Assembly (NCBI GenBank): GCA_964016885.1 | Contig: OZ024741.1 | Coordinates: 81,530,001 to 81,594,000 of the forward strand | From: Eledone cirrhosa | Taxonomy: Eukaryota | DNA: 64,000 bases | Reading direction: 5' to 3' | In this document: positions 26,120 through 38,381 of the stretch, piece after piece | Position numbering within the stretch: position 1 is the stretch's first letter | Layout: each line of letters opens with the position of its first letter | Notes under the pieces: model-generated | Database searches by the model: none | What the model was told of the DNA's origin: nothing | Seen by the model: the letters and a program-made list of their open reading frames with translations, nothing else | Translations under genes and position numbers: made by a program

Positions 26120-26370
26120 TGTGAAGGTATGTTGCCTAGTGATTAGGGTGTTCGGATCCCGATCGTGAGCTGGAATCCCAGCGGCGCGTTGTGTTCTTGA
26201 TCAAGACACTTCATTTCACGTTGCTCCAGTCCATTCAGCTGGAAAAATGAGTTGTAATTGTGATTCAAAAGGCAAGCCTTATCATACACTGTATTTCACT
26301 GAATTTCCTTGAAAATTACATTGGTGGGTACTTCTGGTCAGTGAAGTGTCAATTAACCACTAAGTACGTT
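26120..26370 (+). mobile_element. tRNA-derived SINE family B (CORE-like)
   Basis: tRNA-like head followed by ttgtgttcttgatcaagacacttcatttcacgttgctccagtccattcagctgg. Confidence 0.7.
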
Positions 26371-26394
26371 CCGTTAAGTACGATACATTTACTG

Positions 26395-26528
26395 AGGTAG
26401 TAGTAGTTGTTGTAGTAATAGTAAGTGTAGTTGTAGTAGTGATAGTAGTAGTGATGTTTGTGATAGAACTTGTAATAGCAATTGTTGTAGTGGAGATGAC
26501 AGCAATAGTAATACTAGTGGCGGTAGTT

Positions 26529-26585
<57 letters not shown>

Positions 26586-26613
26586 ATGGTAGAATCGTAG
26601 TTGTGGTGGTGAT
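26395..26613. repeat. (TAG)n microsatellite, degenerate then perfect
   Basis: Direct reading. Confidence 0.9.
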
Positions 26614-26813
26614 NNNNNNNNNNNNNNNNNNNNNNNNNNNNNNNNNNNNNNNNNNNNNNNNNNNNNNNNNNNNNNNNNNNNNNNNNNNNNNNNNNNNNNN
26701 NNNNNNNNNNNNNNNNNNNNNNNNNNNNNNNNNNNNNNNNNNNNNNNNNNNNNNNNNNNNNNNNNNNNNNNNNNNNNNNNNNNNNNNNNNNNNNNNNNNN
26801 NNNNNNNNNNNNN
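26614..26813. other. Assembly gap (200 N)
   Basis: Run of n. Confidence 0.99.
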
Positions 26814-28490
26814 CTTATGTCTAGTCCTATCTAAGCTATTCCATGATTTGCTCCTGTATAATGGGCAAATTCCTTTCATGTCCAGTTCTATGAGGGTCTT
26901 ATACTTCTCCGTGGCTCCTTCGTATGCTCTGATTCTGTCTCTTTGGTTGTAGCCAGAGAACTGCATGCGGTTGATGAAGTGTTGGATGTGTCTTTCCATT
27001 TCTGTTGGGTCGCACATGCGGCACACGTTCTTCATCACCCGTACCAAGTCTGCGATCAGAATATTAAACTTAGCCCTACTGGACATTGCTGAGTTTTTGA
27101 GTATCAGGTATTTGGAGGCCATGGCTTTAGCATAGTGTGTGTGGAGAATTTGGGCTCTCTCGTCTATAGCGTTAATCCAGAATTCCGTGTCTAATACAGG
27201 TAGTCTATTGTTAGGGTGTTTGGAAGGGTAGTCGATAGTTACAGTTATACTCTGGTGTATGGAATTAGCTATCTGCTGGATGCTTTCCATTGTGCTACGT
27301 TCTAAATTAAAATTGTTGGTACTCTCTTGTGGGGATGTCCTTATTATTATACTGATGTCGTCTATGTAACGAGAGTACATGATGAGGTCTATGGAGCTCT
27401 CATCAAGGAGATCTTTGAGTCTCCTTTCCCACCATACCATAAAAAGCTTGGCAACGTCACCAGCTATGCTGACGCCAATGGCTGCTGCCTCATTTTGGGT
27501 GTTGAACTTGAATATGTGGCCCTTTAGGGTAGTTTTGATACTGGCCCCTATTGCATGTGCGACCATTTTTCTTACCTGATCTTTGTTTTGGGGGGTCCGT
27601 ATAGCTTTGGTCCACCCAATCCACCTTCCCATGGGAGTCTTTTTTGCCATTGAGGTTATGGTGGGGGGTCTACCTCTTATGGGTCTACTGGGGCAGAAAC
27701 GTCTAAGGTCATGGCTGTCTAGGTAGTCAGTGTCGTAGGTAAGTCTAAGTAGGAGGCCCAGTTCGTCTGTGTCGACGTCGCAGAACTCCACCTCACTCTC
27801 AATGATCATCTGCACACATTTTTCCACAGCAAAATCAATGTTAATGGATGGGTACAGTGATACCAGATCCATTCTGCCTATTATGCAGTTGGATAGGTTC
27901 CTGTTTTTGTTGCACTCACTGATTCTGCTGAGGAGGTCCTCTGTACTGTCACATACATCTGGGGACATCTTGATTATGAGGCGTATAACCATTGAGAGGA
28001 AGTAGGAGATCCTGTAGTTGCTAGCTATATTTGCTCTGCATACATGTCTTGTTGGTGGTCCTGTTGTCGGGTCGTCGACTGTCTTGTGGTCTTTGCGGAG
28101 CCCATACAAGGGTGGTATGCCATTGTTAGACGCCTGGAAGTTGTTGGCAGTGCGTCTGCTTGGCCTTAGGATGTCGGTCCACATCATCATGTGAGCGTTG
28201 AGGATTTTCTCTCTCCCATCATGTATTTGCTGTGCAATTTCGCTCGTGTTGGTGATGTGGGGTTGCATAGCCTTGATCTAGTTCGGCATGCTGTCTATTG
28301 ACATCCTACCAGACTTATCCGTGGGTAGACATACTACCTCACCATCCCTTGTGCGCTGCTTGAGGCTAACCAAGCCTTCTACAGGTTTCCTCCCAAGTTG
28401 TTGGACCTCTGGTCTGCTCTGTTTACTATTTGTCTAATCTTATTTCTAGCTATGGTGAACTGTACCTCTGTCTCGTCATCTATTTGTTGT
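26814..28490 (-). mobile_element. PLE RT region related to 2279-4758, cut by the gap
   Basis: PTDKSGR, PPLYGLRKDHK, GPPTR, MDLVSLYPS, AIGVSIAG, RYIDD, LPVLD and MQFSGY; ~480 open codons. Confidence 0.92.
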
Positions 28491-28494
28491 GGTA

Positions 28495-28562
<68 letters not shown>

Positions 28563-28629
28563 GTATATAGCGCTAATAATATTTAAATTAGTACGTCTCT
28601 TACAAGATACTAATATAATTGACATGTAC

Positions 28630-28960
28630 ACCTGGTCCAAACACAGAGGAACCAGCCGCCCACTGACACCGCCTGCGTCTCTCGCGCTCTCCCCATCTCT
28701 CATTATTACGAGAAAATGGGGGCCCACGCGCTGGCCGCGCCGCTGCCCCGGTGGACAGAATAGAGAAGGCATTACCCTGGAAGATGGTGAGGAAGATGCG
28801 CTGGAAGAGCCATTCCAGCTTGCGAGGCTCACTCCTGCGGGTAGCCAACTCTACGCCGGTGGTGGTGAGTAGGGAGGCAGCCCTAGGGCCAAGGACACCA
28901 GAAGTCTCCACTGTTATGGACTCGACAGCAAACCTGTCGGATATTAAAATGTGATGTTTA
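28630..28960 (-). mobile_element. 3' end of a CRE-clade non-LTR retrotransposon (restriction-like endonuclease C-terminus)
   Basis: VETSGVLGPRAASLL...G..LA...EPRKLEWLFQRIFLTIFQGNAFSIL matches the recalled CRE pattern VET.G..GP.A...WL.QR.S.A.QRGNA. Confidence 0.75.
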
Positions 28961-29150
28961 TACAGAAAAATCACTGTCGATCTGAAGAGAAGAGAACATG
29001 ATGAGAAGAAAGCAGTTCACTTTTTTGCAGGAAAATTATATGTATTTTTTGGAAATATTTTATGCAAAAACAAAAGTGAAATAGTGTCACTTTACATGAG
29101 CCCTTTAATAACCTAATTTCTTTTGGTTGCTTCGATGGTATACGTACATA

Positions 29151-29192
29151 TCATTTGACGAGAGCCCAACTAGGCATGAAAACCGGTTAAAG
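29151..29192 (+). ncRNA. Degenerate hammerhead motif
   Basis: UUGACGA-GA-GCCcaacuaGGC-AU-GAAA-ACCGGU-UA; palindromic stem III, poor stem I. Confidence 0.45.
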
Positions 29193-29511
29193 CTGTTTCT
29201 GACTTTTCAATTTAGAGGGTAATACTTATATTTGTTATGTTTACAAGTCTATATACTAAAAATCTCTGAATTTATAAACATCTACGCTGTCTCGATTTCT
29301 TTAAATCTGTATAAATCAATGATAAACTTCGATTGCTAGATAAATTAACTATGGAGATATAAAATATACAGAAGCGAAAACCAACCCCAACCAAACAGTG
29401 AGTGTGTTCTGGTATTATTTCTGGCAATATTATAACAATATGCCCCTCCCCAAATATAACAATATGTATATTTACTGATATAACTTTATCATACACTTCG
29501 GTATCTTAGCG

Positions 29512-29591
<80 letters not shown>

Positions 29592-29961
29592 ACGCGTGTG
29601 TGTGTGATATGTATATGTGTGTGTATGTGTGTGTGCGTACGTATGTTTGTGTGTGATGGAAATCTCAAAATGCGGACGAAACCATGGTAGAGGTTAATAA
29701 ATGTATTCTCTTTTCTCCTAGTTTATTTTACACCTAATTCTGTTTAATTAACTGTATATCTGGGCGATTACGCTGTCGAAATATTCGATAAATATTCCGT
29801 CGTAGCCGACGCGAAGGGCTAGTTTCGGTTATTTGTTGGGGATTTCTTCATACAAGCCTTATTCTTATAGCCTGGTCTATTCGATTTTTATATAGTTGAT
29901 TATGCTAATTGGGAGAGGAAATGGTATATATTTTATCTGGTGATTCTATAGACATGTTTTA

Positions 29962-29995
<34 letters not shown>

Positions 29996-30661
29996 TCCTT
30001 ATCTAGTCGTATGCAAGATGCACTGATAGATAAGTCGAACTCACATTTAAGTTTCAGCCTTTAACATTTACATGTTTTTCTTACATGTTTTTCTTACATG
30101 TTGTTTTTCTAAAACGCAGTCTGCAATTTTGCATGCTGTTGTGTTTAAATCAATTAAATAGAAAGAAATATATAATTGAAATCATCCCAATCATTACCAA
30201 TTCAGCCTGGTAAAGTTCTGGAACCCTAGAAACCAACACATTAACGGGTCATTGAATTTGCCACTATTAAATCGCTGGCAATATATTTAGCATCTAATGC
30301 AGTGATTCTCGAATGGGAAGCAATTGGATGTCCTAAGTGGAGAAATGTTTAATCCTAGTGAATGGATTTAGCCAAGGGAAGAACTGGGAATAATTATGCT
30401 CAGGGGAAGAATCCAAACTGGGAATGAATGGATCACATTGTGAATATATCAAAGGAAATTCCAATATATCTAACTATAGCGTACATTGTGTATATATATC
30501 AAATGAAATAGAAATATATTCAACTATTAAGAGTGATTACGAATTAAGAGTTAACAAGAAACTGGTGCTTCAGACGAACACATTTGAAACAAAATTCTTC
30601 TTAGGTTAACCGTTTTGTATATATATATAACTGTTGTGTATATATATATATATACATGCAT

Positions 30662-30728
<67 letters not shown>

Positions 30729-30802
30729 TATATATATGTGTATGTGTCTGTGTGTGTGTAGACATACATACAGACACACAGACACACACATACACACATA
30801 TA

Positions 30803-30854
<52 letters not shown>

Positions 30855-31875
30855 CATATATATATGTGTGTGTGTGTGTCTGTGGGTCTGTGTATGTGTG
30901 TGTAGACATATATATATACATATCGTGCATATATAAGTATATGTATTTGTAACACACACACGCACGCACACACACGCCCCCCCCCCCCCCACCACACACA
31001 CACACACACACATTTATATATGTACCAACACAAATGATATGCGTGCCGAATTGGAAGGCCCTCCTGCTAATACTGAAGATAAAGAATGAAGTTGATGACA
31101 ATATTCCATCACTCTTCATTGTTCTCTCGATTGTGTAGTTAAGTATGTATGTAGGTATGTTCTGTATGTATGTATGTATGTATGTACGCACGTATGTATG
31201 TATGTATGTACGCACGTATGTATGTATGTATGTATGTATGTATGTATGTGTGTATATTACTGTGTTAGTGTATGGGTAAGAGAGGATGAGTAGGAAAACA
31301 AACGAAGTGGTGATGCTTCCCGTGTGTATGGAAGAGATTTATGCTGGAGACGAGAGATACACACACAAACACATACACAACCATACACATACATAAGCAC
31401 GTACACACACGCGTACGCGCAATTAAAGATTAAAGATTCATAAAGTTGCCGTGAATTCCCGAGATTTACATTAGAAAAGGGGGAATTTGAATAATATGCA
31501 TATATTTATACTTCTTTGAGAAATCAATTGTTAAGAGAGAGAATAGATGCCGAGTAGTCGGGAAGCAGGGGAGAGAAGAGTGGGAGGATGTGGGAGATTA
31601 AGAGGAGGAAGAGTGTGAAGATGGGTGAGAAGGAGTGAGAAAAAGGGGAGGATAAGTAAGATGTGAGGGACAATGAGTGGGAAGGGGCAGAGAAAAGAAT
31701 TGGATACAGAGAGGAATGGACAGAATGTAATTATAATTACGGAATAATCTCTTACATTTATTATTCAAAGTTCCCCTTTCCTTCATCAATATCAAACGTT
31801 TTCGCCAGAGCATCCAAACATACCTGCATACAGACACAGACACACACACACACATAAATATATATATATATGTGT

Positions 31876-31962
<87 letters not shown>

Positions 31963-32083
31963 TGCATGTCTGTCTGCATGTATATATTTCTATGGTGAAA
32001 AGTCAACAAAGAAAAGCAACGCATGAGAACAATGTGGAGGAATGATATATATAAGTTTCACGCTTGATTTAGTAGAACAATAT

Positions 32084-32119
32084 TCTTGGCGTTTCGGACA
32101 TTAGTCTATCATCAGAAGA
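32084..32119 (-). ncRNA. Minimal hammerhead motif with mutated U16.1
   Basis: UCUU-CUGAUGA-UA-GACuaauGUC-C-GAAA-CG-CC-AAGA. Confidence 0.55.
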
Positions 32120-32459
32120 TAAAATGAAAGAGGGAAGAAGAAATCGAAACATAGACGAGACTAAAGAAAATAAAGAAGACGGAAAAAAATAACATTTTTA
32201 GGAAGAAAAAGTGTTGATGGCACTATTTATGAGTTTTAGGCGTCTTAATCTATTAATTGACTATCTTAATTAATTTTCTTGTCGGAACGAAACCGCGCTA
32301 TAAGCACAAATTTGTAGGTGAAATCCTATTTTTATTTTAAGATATATTTTTTGATTGCAAGGTGATATATTCGGGTGCCTTAAAACCTGTTACTGCGGGA
32401 GACAGAACTCATCAGCTTCGAGCGTCAGTCGTAGGACCCATTTCTATATTAAACTTGAT

Positions 32460-32504
<45 letters not shown>

Positions 32505-32645
32505 AGGGAGTGTAACTTGGTTCACCCGGGTGAGCACTCGATGTTTAGGTTCACTTCTGTGTCGAGGTGTAGAGCTATACAGAGTGTATTATATTGAAAA
32601 GATATCAAGGACGATTGGTTACTCCTTCATTACATTTATTGGTTG

Positions 32646-32712
32646 GTGACGCGCATTTCGCCACTGATCAGCCCAAGGTTCGATCTTACCCGACTCTGTA
32701 ATCTTCAGCTCG
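32646..32712 (-). ncRNA. Candidate hammerhead; stem I not evident
   Basis: CUGAAGA-UUAC...GUGGC-GAAA-UGCGCG-UC. Confidence 0.4.
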
Positions 32713-33493
32713 ACGGACCCATTAAAATGCTAGTAGAAAATGAATACATGCTATATGATAAAGTCAGAAGTTCATATGTTGGTCAATAAAGATCGTTTTG
32801 ATTGGTGGAATAGATCATAGGGATGTTTTCGCCTGTAGTGCTTGTGGGGGTGGATGTGATGATAAGATGGTGGTGACGGTCGCAGGGTGAGGAGGACGAT
32901 GGTGTGGGGGTGGTGGATTGTCGGTAGACAGATTGGCGTATATTTGCGGCTGGTTTTTGTGTGTGTGGCGTGGGTGTGGTGTTGTTGTTTGTGGTAATGG
33001 TGTTTATGGTGGTGTGATGGATGTGTAGGTGGTGTCAAATACAATAAGGAGATACATACATAGACACACTTAGTCTGACAAAAACGTTGTATACATACAC
33101 ATTCGTATATATATATATGTATATATATGTTGTATAATTTAGAAGTATGATCTAACAGAATCAATGCTATTTCAATACATAAACATATATAATCAAAGGT
33201 CAAAGTTTTTAACCTTTGATTAAATAATTATATATGATTTTGTATTACCCATTGACACAGCAGCCTTTCTTTTAAGACCTACTTTCTAAATAACTGAATA
33301 TATGTTATGTGTGCAAGTATGTACATATACGTGTATATACTTATTTTGTATACAATAATAGAACGATTTCAGTAATGAAAGTTTTAGTCGTCACCGCTAT
33401 ATGAAATAAATATCTACTTTCTATACTAATGTATTGAGTATCTTAGCTGTTGTTTTCTTCCTTTTTTCTTTAGAAAACCATTCTTAGTTAAGT

Positions 33494-33674
<181 letters not shown>

Positions 33675-34429
33675 TTTTCGGTTCAATGATACGTGTTGGT
33701 TGATATAAGCAATCAACTAACTCACGTGTAATCCACATAAGCACTCCACCTCTTGGGTATCCATAAAGGTATATGGTATCAGACGGAATATTAAGTAAGG
33801 AGACGGTTTTAAATATTACACTTCAATCTATTGTCTTACATCATACTCATTATGTATATTTCAAAATCATTAAAATGTCATTATGTAATAGTTAGTTATT
33901 AAATGTATTGTCGTCAGTTATGTGCTTTTGATATTCCTGCTGCAGAAATCTAGTAAACTGACCATGCAGATCAGATGCCCGCGGAAAAAGATTACATAAG
34001 AGTGCAGGATTACCTCTTGCAACATAATGTATATGTACATAGGATCAACAATAACTAGTTTCAAGAACAGTTGGTAAAATCATTGCTACTCATTCAATAC
34101 CTATTACCCTTCCTCCTTACAGGTTAGAACCATGAATAACCATTCCCTTAGCTTCTAATGCTTTATCTCCGCCGTTATTTATGGTATGAATACATTCTTT
34201 CCCCATCTATTTTTATGTGTACATCATTATATATATGTCGTTTGGGTTGTGTGTCTGTCTGGGTCTGTGAGCGTATGGGTGGTCGAACGTTAACGAGTAT
34301 ATGCATGTATATTTATATACTGGCGTTCTATGAACATGTACATGTATGCGCGTGTACGGTGACGGACGCGAACCCACTATATTAATATTTACATCTCAGG
34401 CATAATCGCACACGTGCAATAAAGCACAC

Positions 34430-34472
<43 letters not shown>

Positions 34473-34521
34473 CTTTCCAATTGCTAATACTATCTATCGG
34501 TCGCAAATCTAGGTAGGAGGA

Positions 34522-34638
34522 GCAGCGTGAAATAAAGTGTCTTGCTCAAGGACATAATGCATCGGGGTCCGGAAATGGAACTCACAACCTCACGATATTG
34601 CGAATCCAATTCTTAACCACTCAGCCACACGCCTTCAC
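34522..34638 (-). mobile_element. SINE family B, 5' part
   Basis: gtgaaataaagtgtcttgctcaaggac...gaactcacaacctcacgat...taaccactcagccacacgccttcac. Confidence 0.75.
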
Positions 34639-34904
34639 AGTATATATATATATGATGGACTCTCCCGTCGATATCCGACGTATGAGTGTCCAACAAAAGT
34701 TGATGTGAGAAAGTGAACTAATGTTGACCTACCCACACAAAGTTTTGTTTTAAGTGGTGAACGCTTGTGTAGGACCAATCACACTTTTTGGAACTGACGA
34801 CACATATCTTCTGTGCAAATGTTTTCCACAGAAAATACAACGACAGCCCTCAGCATTTTATGCCTCGGGATTTAACCTATCCGTATAAAAAAAAAGAAAT
34901 ACTA

Positions 34905-35097
34905 TCTGGATGGCCGTTGACTCTGCTGAGTTCCTTCGCCCTTTGCCGGGTCTTGTATTTCATCCTGCAGAGTGCCCAAATATCACCCTCCTCAACAAGC
35001 AAGCTTGGTGGGGTTACCAGTTTAGTCGCCGACGACCCGACCATGAGACAGGTTGTACTGGGTTACATGTTACCAGTAGCACTCGAGAGTGACCTGA
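34905..35097 (-). mobile_element. 5' fragment of the RTE-related non-autonomous family (another at 36136-36285, +)
   Basis: Diverged reverse complement of about 37501-37690. Confidence 0.8.
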
Positions 35098-35746
35098 CAA
35101 TCTATTTGTGTGTGTGTGTGTATCCCGGGTTCAATCAGGGGTAACCACAGTAAGGTACTCAATACATAGTATAAATATTTAATATAGAAATGGCTTCTAC
35201 AGGACTAGATCTGTTTCATTCGAAGGAAATCATTTCTATATTATATATATATATAGAGAGAGAGAGAGAGAAAGAGAAAGAGAGGAATACGCACTCCTTA
35301 ATATATGTCATGAGTTTATTTACTGGCTCTGTGTTGTGAGCTTAATTAACCCACTTTATCTCACATTGGTCAGATCCCGTGGCACACTGAATCACTCTGG
35401 CAACTACATTGAGGGTACTTGTGTCTATAAAATGTTCACCCAGTTGAATGCTAATTCCACGAGCAATCAGTTTCATTGATCGAATCAATTGTAACACTCG
35501 TCGTCGATTTTGACTGAGTTTCAACACATACACACACACACATATATATAGTGTATATTCTTTTATTTAAGAAGCATGGCATAGCAAGATCACTGTTGTG
35601 TCAACACATATATATATATATGTGTGTGTGTGTGTGTTTGTGTGTGTATGCGTAAAAGGTAGACAGAAATACCAAAAATAACAAAATAACCGTCACGATA
35701 CATGGAGGAAATATATTAGTTTAAAGCTTTAAATAGCAGGAAGAGA

Positions 35747-35783
35747 GTCTTATCGTTTCGGACACTAGTACTTCATCAGAGGA
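35747..35783 (-). ncRNA. Degenerate minimal hammerhead
   Basis: CUGAUGA-AGUACuaguGUCC-GAAA-CGA-UA; homologous to 19012-19047. Confidence 0.5.
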
Positions 35784-35819
35784 TAGAGTTAGAAATAGAA
35801 GATAAATAGAAAGTAAAGA

Positions 35820-37495
35820 GTGATGTTCGTGATAAAATCCTTGCTAAAATTCTTAATCGTCTGCTGACGCAGAATCTCAGTGCGATTTCCGTCCATATCG
35901 GGGAACTGTAGATATAATCTTCATTGTGCAGACGATGCAGGAGAAGTGTAAGGAGTAACAGCTTGATCCATACAATAGCTTTATTGAACTCATGAGGCCG
36001 CTGACATACTTAATAGACAAGCTCATTGGGGTATACTCTTGAAACTGGGATGCATTGAGAAGTTTACAGAGCTTATACGATCATTGCCTGGTGACATGGG
36101 AGCGTAGGTGTGCGTCAATGGTGAGTTTCTAGAACCAGTACAACCTGTCGTATGGTCGGGTCGTCGGCGACTAAACCAGCAACCCCACCAAGTTTACTTA
36201 GTGAGGAGAGTGATTTGGGACACCCTGTAGGACAAAAAACAAAACCTGACAAAGGGCGGAAGAACTCATAAGAGTTAACGGCCTTCTAAAAAAAGAAAAA
36301 AAAATCCTGCCAAATTAGCTGCACGCATCGAAAGACTGGTGTAGTGGTTCTGAGAACAATGCGGCTTTGCAGATGATCAATGCAAATTGACAATCGAAAG
36401 GCGCTCCCGCTCGAGTTAGAAGAAACCTTCAGAAGAAGCAGCAACCCCTGATTGTATTCATCAACCGAAACAAATATGAAGTACACCAAATACAATGCTT
36501 CTAGAGGCGGCCCTGGTTCTTCTTATTTGCGAGTGTAAACTCGGCCAGATTAGATTAAATAGAACCTTTCTCAGTTGAGACAAGCGTGAAACAATGTAAC
36601 CTGCTCGCTCCGACCTTTTTGCCAGCTTCTTTGTGGTTGTTTTGTTAAAAGCATTCACCAACACCAATGTTAGCATTATGAAATACTGGCAGGCTCTTTA
36701 ACATCTGAAGATTCCTTGTTTCATCAAAAATATATATTGCACTCATACGTGATCCTTTGTATGCAGTTGGCTGTGATCTTGTTAGCCATACAAAAGAAGA
36801 CCTTCAACTTCTGAAGGATTGCTTCTCGGCAGCGTGTGATGTGTTTGGATTAATAATTAGCTTGAAAAGACGGTGGGGATGTATCAGCACACACATAGAA
36901 AGCCATATATACTACCATCCATATCAACACGGAAACATCGAAAAATCTGGTGAAATCTGATTGCTACCAATGTGAAATTGAAAAGAAGCAGTAGGCCTAT
37001 GCTGAAATGAAGGGAGCAGCGTTCCCAGAACAAGGTTAGAAAGAGAGATTTGTTTATGAGGGTTGCGGAGGTGTATGTATGTCAAAGGCTGGGATTCTGA
37101 TCCATAGCAAACGTCATACTCAGAGAAATATCACCTTTGAATACCCCATAGAAATTTTGCATGCGACATTTGCACGAAAGCGTGTCACTCTGCGGGTAGG
37201 CTAACATGGCATCACAAAGCATGCCATACCAAACAGACTCAAGCAGGCGAGAAACTTACTTGCACATTGAGTGGTATGATATGTAAGTCACTTCTTCGTT
37301 TGAAGGGGCATTTAAGGCGGCATCAACGACTGTAACATCAATAACACGCTTTTGCCAATATCTGTTTTGTTTTTGTTCTAAGTGGTCGTGCTCGGACAAG
37401 AGGTGGCTTCCACTATGTATGTATGTATGTATGTATGTATGTATGTATGTATGTATGTATGTATGTATGTATGTATGTATGTATGTATGTATGTA
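35820..37495 (+). mobile_element. Old, deleted and interrupted RTE LINE with C-terminal zinc-finger remnants and (TATG)n tail
   Basis: KILAKILNRLL, FRP.RGTVDIIF, QEKCKE, LYAVGCDL (for LYADDCDL), C..VCMSKAG...H and CDICTKACHSAG...H; degenerate 3' stem-loop at about 37382-37415. Confidence 0.7.
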
Positions 37496-37500
37496 CATGT

Positions 37501-38149
37501 CAGGTCACCAGTTGGTGCTACTGGTAACATGTATCCCAGTACAACCTGTCTCATGGTCGGGTCGTTGGCGACTAAACTGGCAACCCCACCAAGGTTTCTT
37601 GGTGAGGAGGGTGACTTTGGACATCCTGCAGGACTAAAAACAAAACCTGTCAAAGGGCAAATGAGCTCTTAAGAGTCAATGGCCATCCAAAATCACCGGA
37701 AGAGATGACCCCTTAGCCTTTGTCAAGGCAGAATTCTAGGAGAAGGAAAACTCTGATATAACACCTGCAACCCTGATGGTATCCAATGATGTTGATTTGT
37801 TCTTCTTTTTGGTAAATATCATCTTGGTTAAGAGAGTGGGACTGGCTTTGTGCAATGCCTTTGCTCACTATAAAAGCTTCCCGGCACAGGCATTGCTTTA
37901 TATCTGGAGATCTCTCTGCACTTGTCATCACATGGTACCATGGGCCCAGCACTGTGTGTCAATAATTGTCACAGGTGTAGTGTTTGTACCAGAGTTTTCA
38001 AGTCGCTGGCTGGACTAAAAAGTCACACTCGTTCAGCGCATCGGTAGGGGTTCTCCTACATGGATATAAAGTAGTGGCCGTACTCGAAAACGAGTTGGCA
38101 GCCACCATGTATGTATGTATGTATGTATGTATGTATGTATGTATGTATG
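37501..38149 (+). mobile_element. ~610-bp non-autonomous RTE-dependent retroposon: RTE-type 5' UTR plus RTE-type 3' stem-loop and (TATG)n tail
   Basis: ctaggagaaggaaaactctga (recalled RTE 5' UTR motif); 3' end tggccgtactcgaaaacgagttggcagccaccatg matches LINE end tggccatactcgataacgagggggcagccatcat at 44451. Confidence 0.8.
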
Positions 38150-38381
38150 CGGCTCAGTAGTTACCGATGATGTTGATAGTTTCTTCTTTTCGGGTTATAG
38201 CTACTGTCGCTCAGAGAGTGGGATTGGCTCAGTGCACAGTCTTTCCTCACTTTAAAAAATATCTTCACGCACAGGCATTGTACGATAGAATTAATTAATA
38301 ATTATTAATAATGGTATATCGTGCAATGGCCATACTCGATAACGAGGGGGCAGCCATCATGTATGTATGTATGTATGTATG
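38150..38381 (+). mobile_element. Short 3' fragment of a related RTE-dependent element with (TATG)n tail
   Basis: gtgcaatggccatactcgataacgagggggcagccatcat is identical to 44446-44484. Confidence 0.75.

Noticed and set aside
26514-28268. Intact 584-aa protein
   Set aside because: The ORF runs through the N gap into a microsatellite; only the PLE RT part is real
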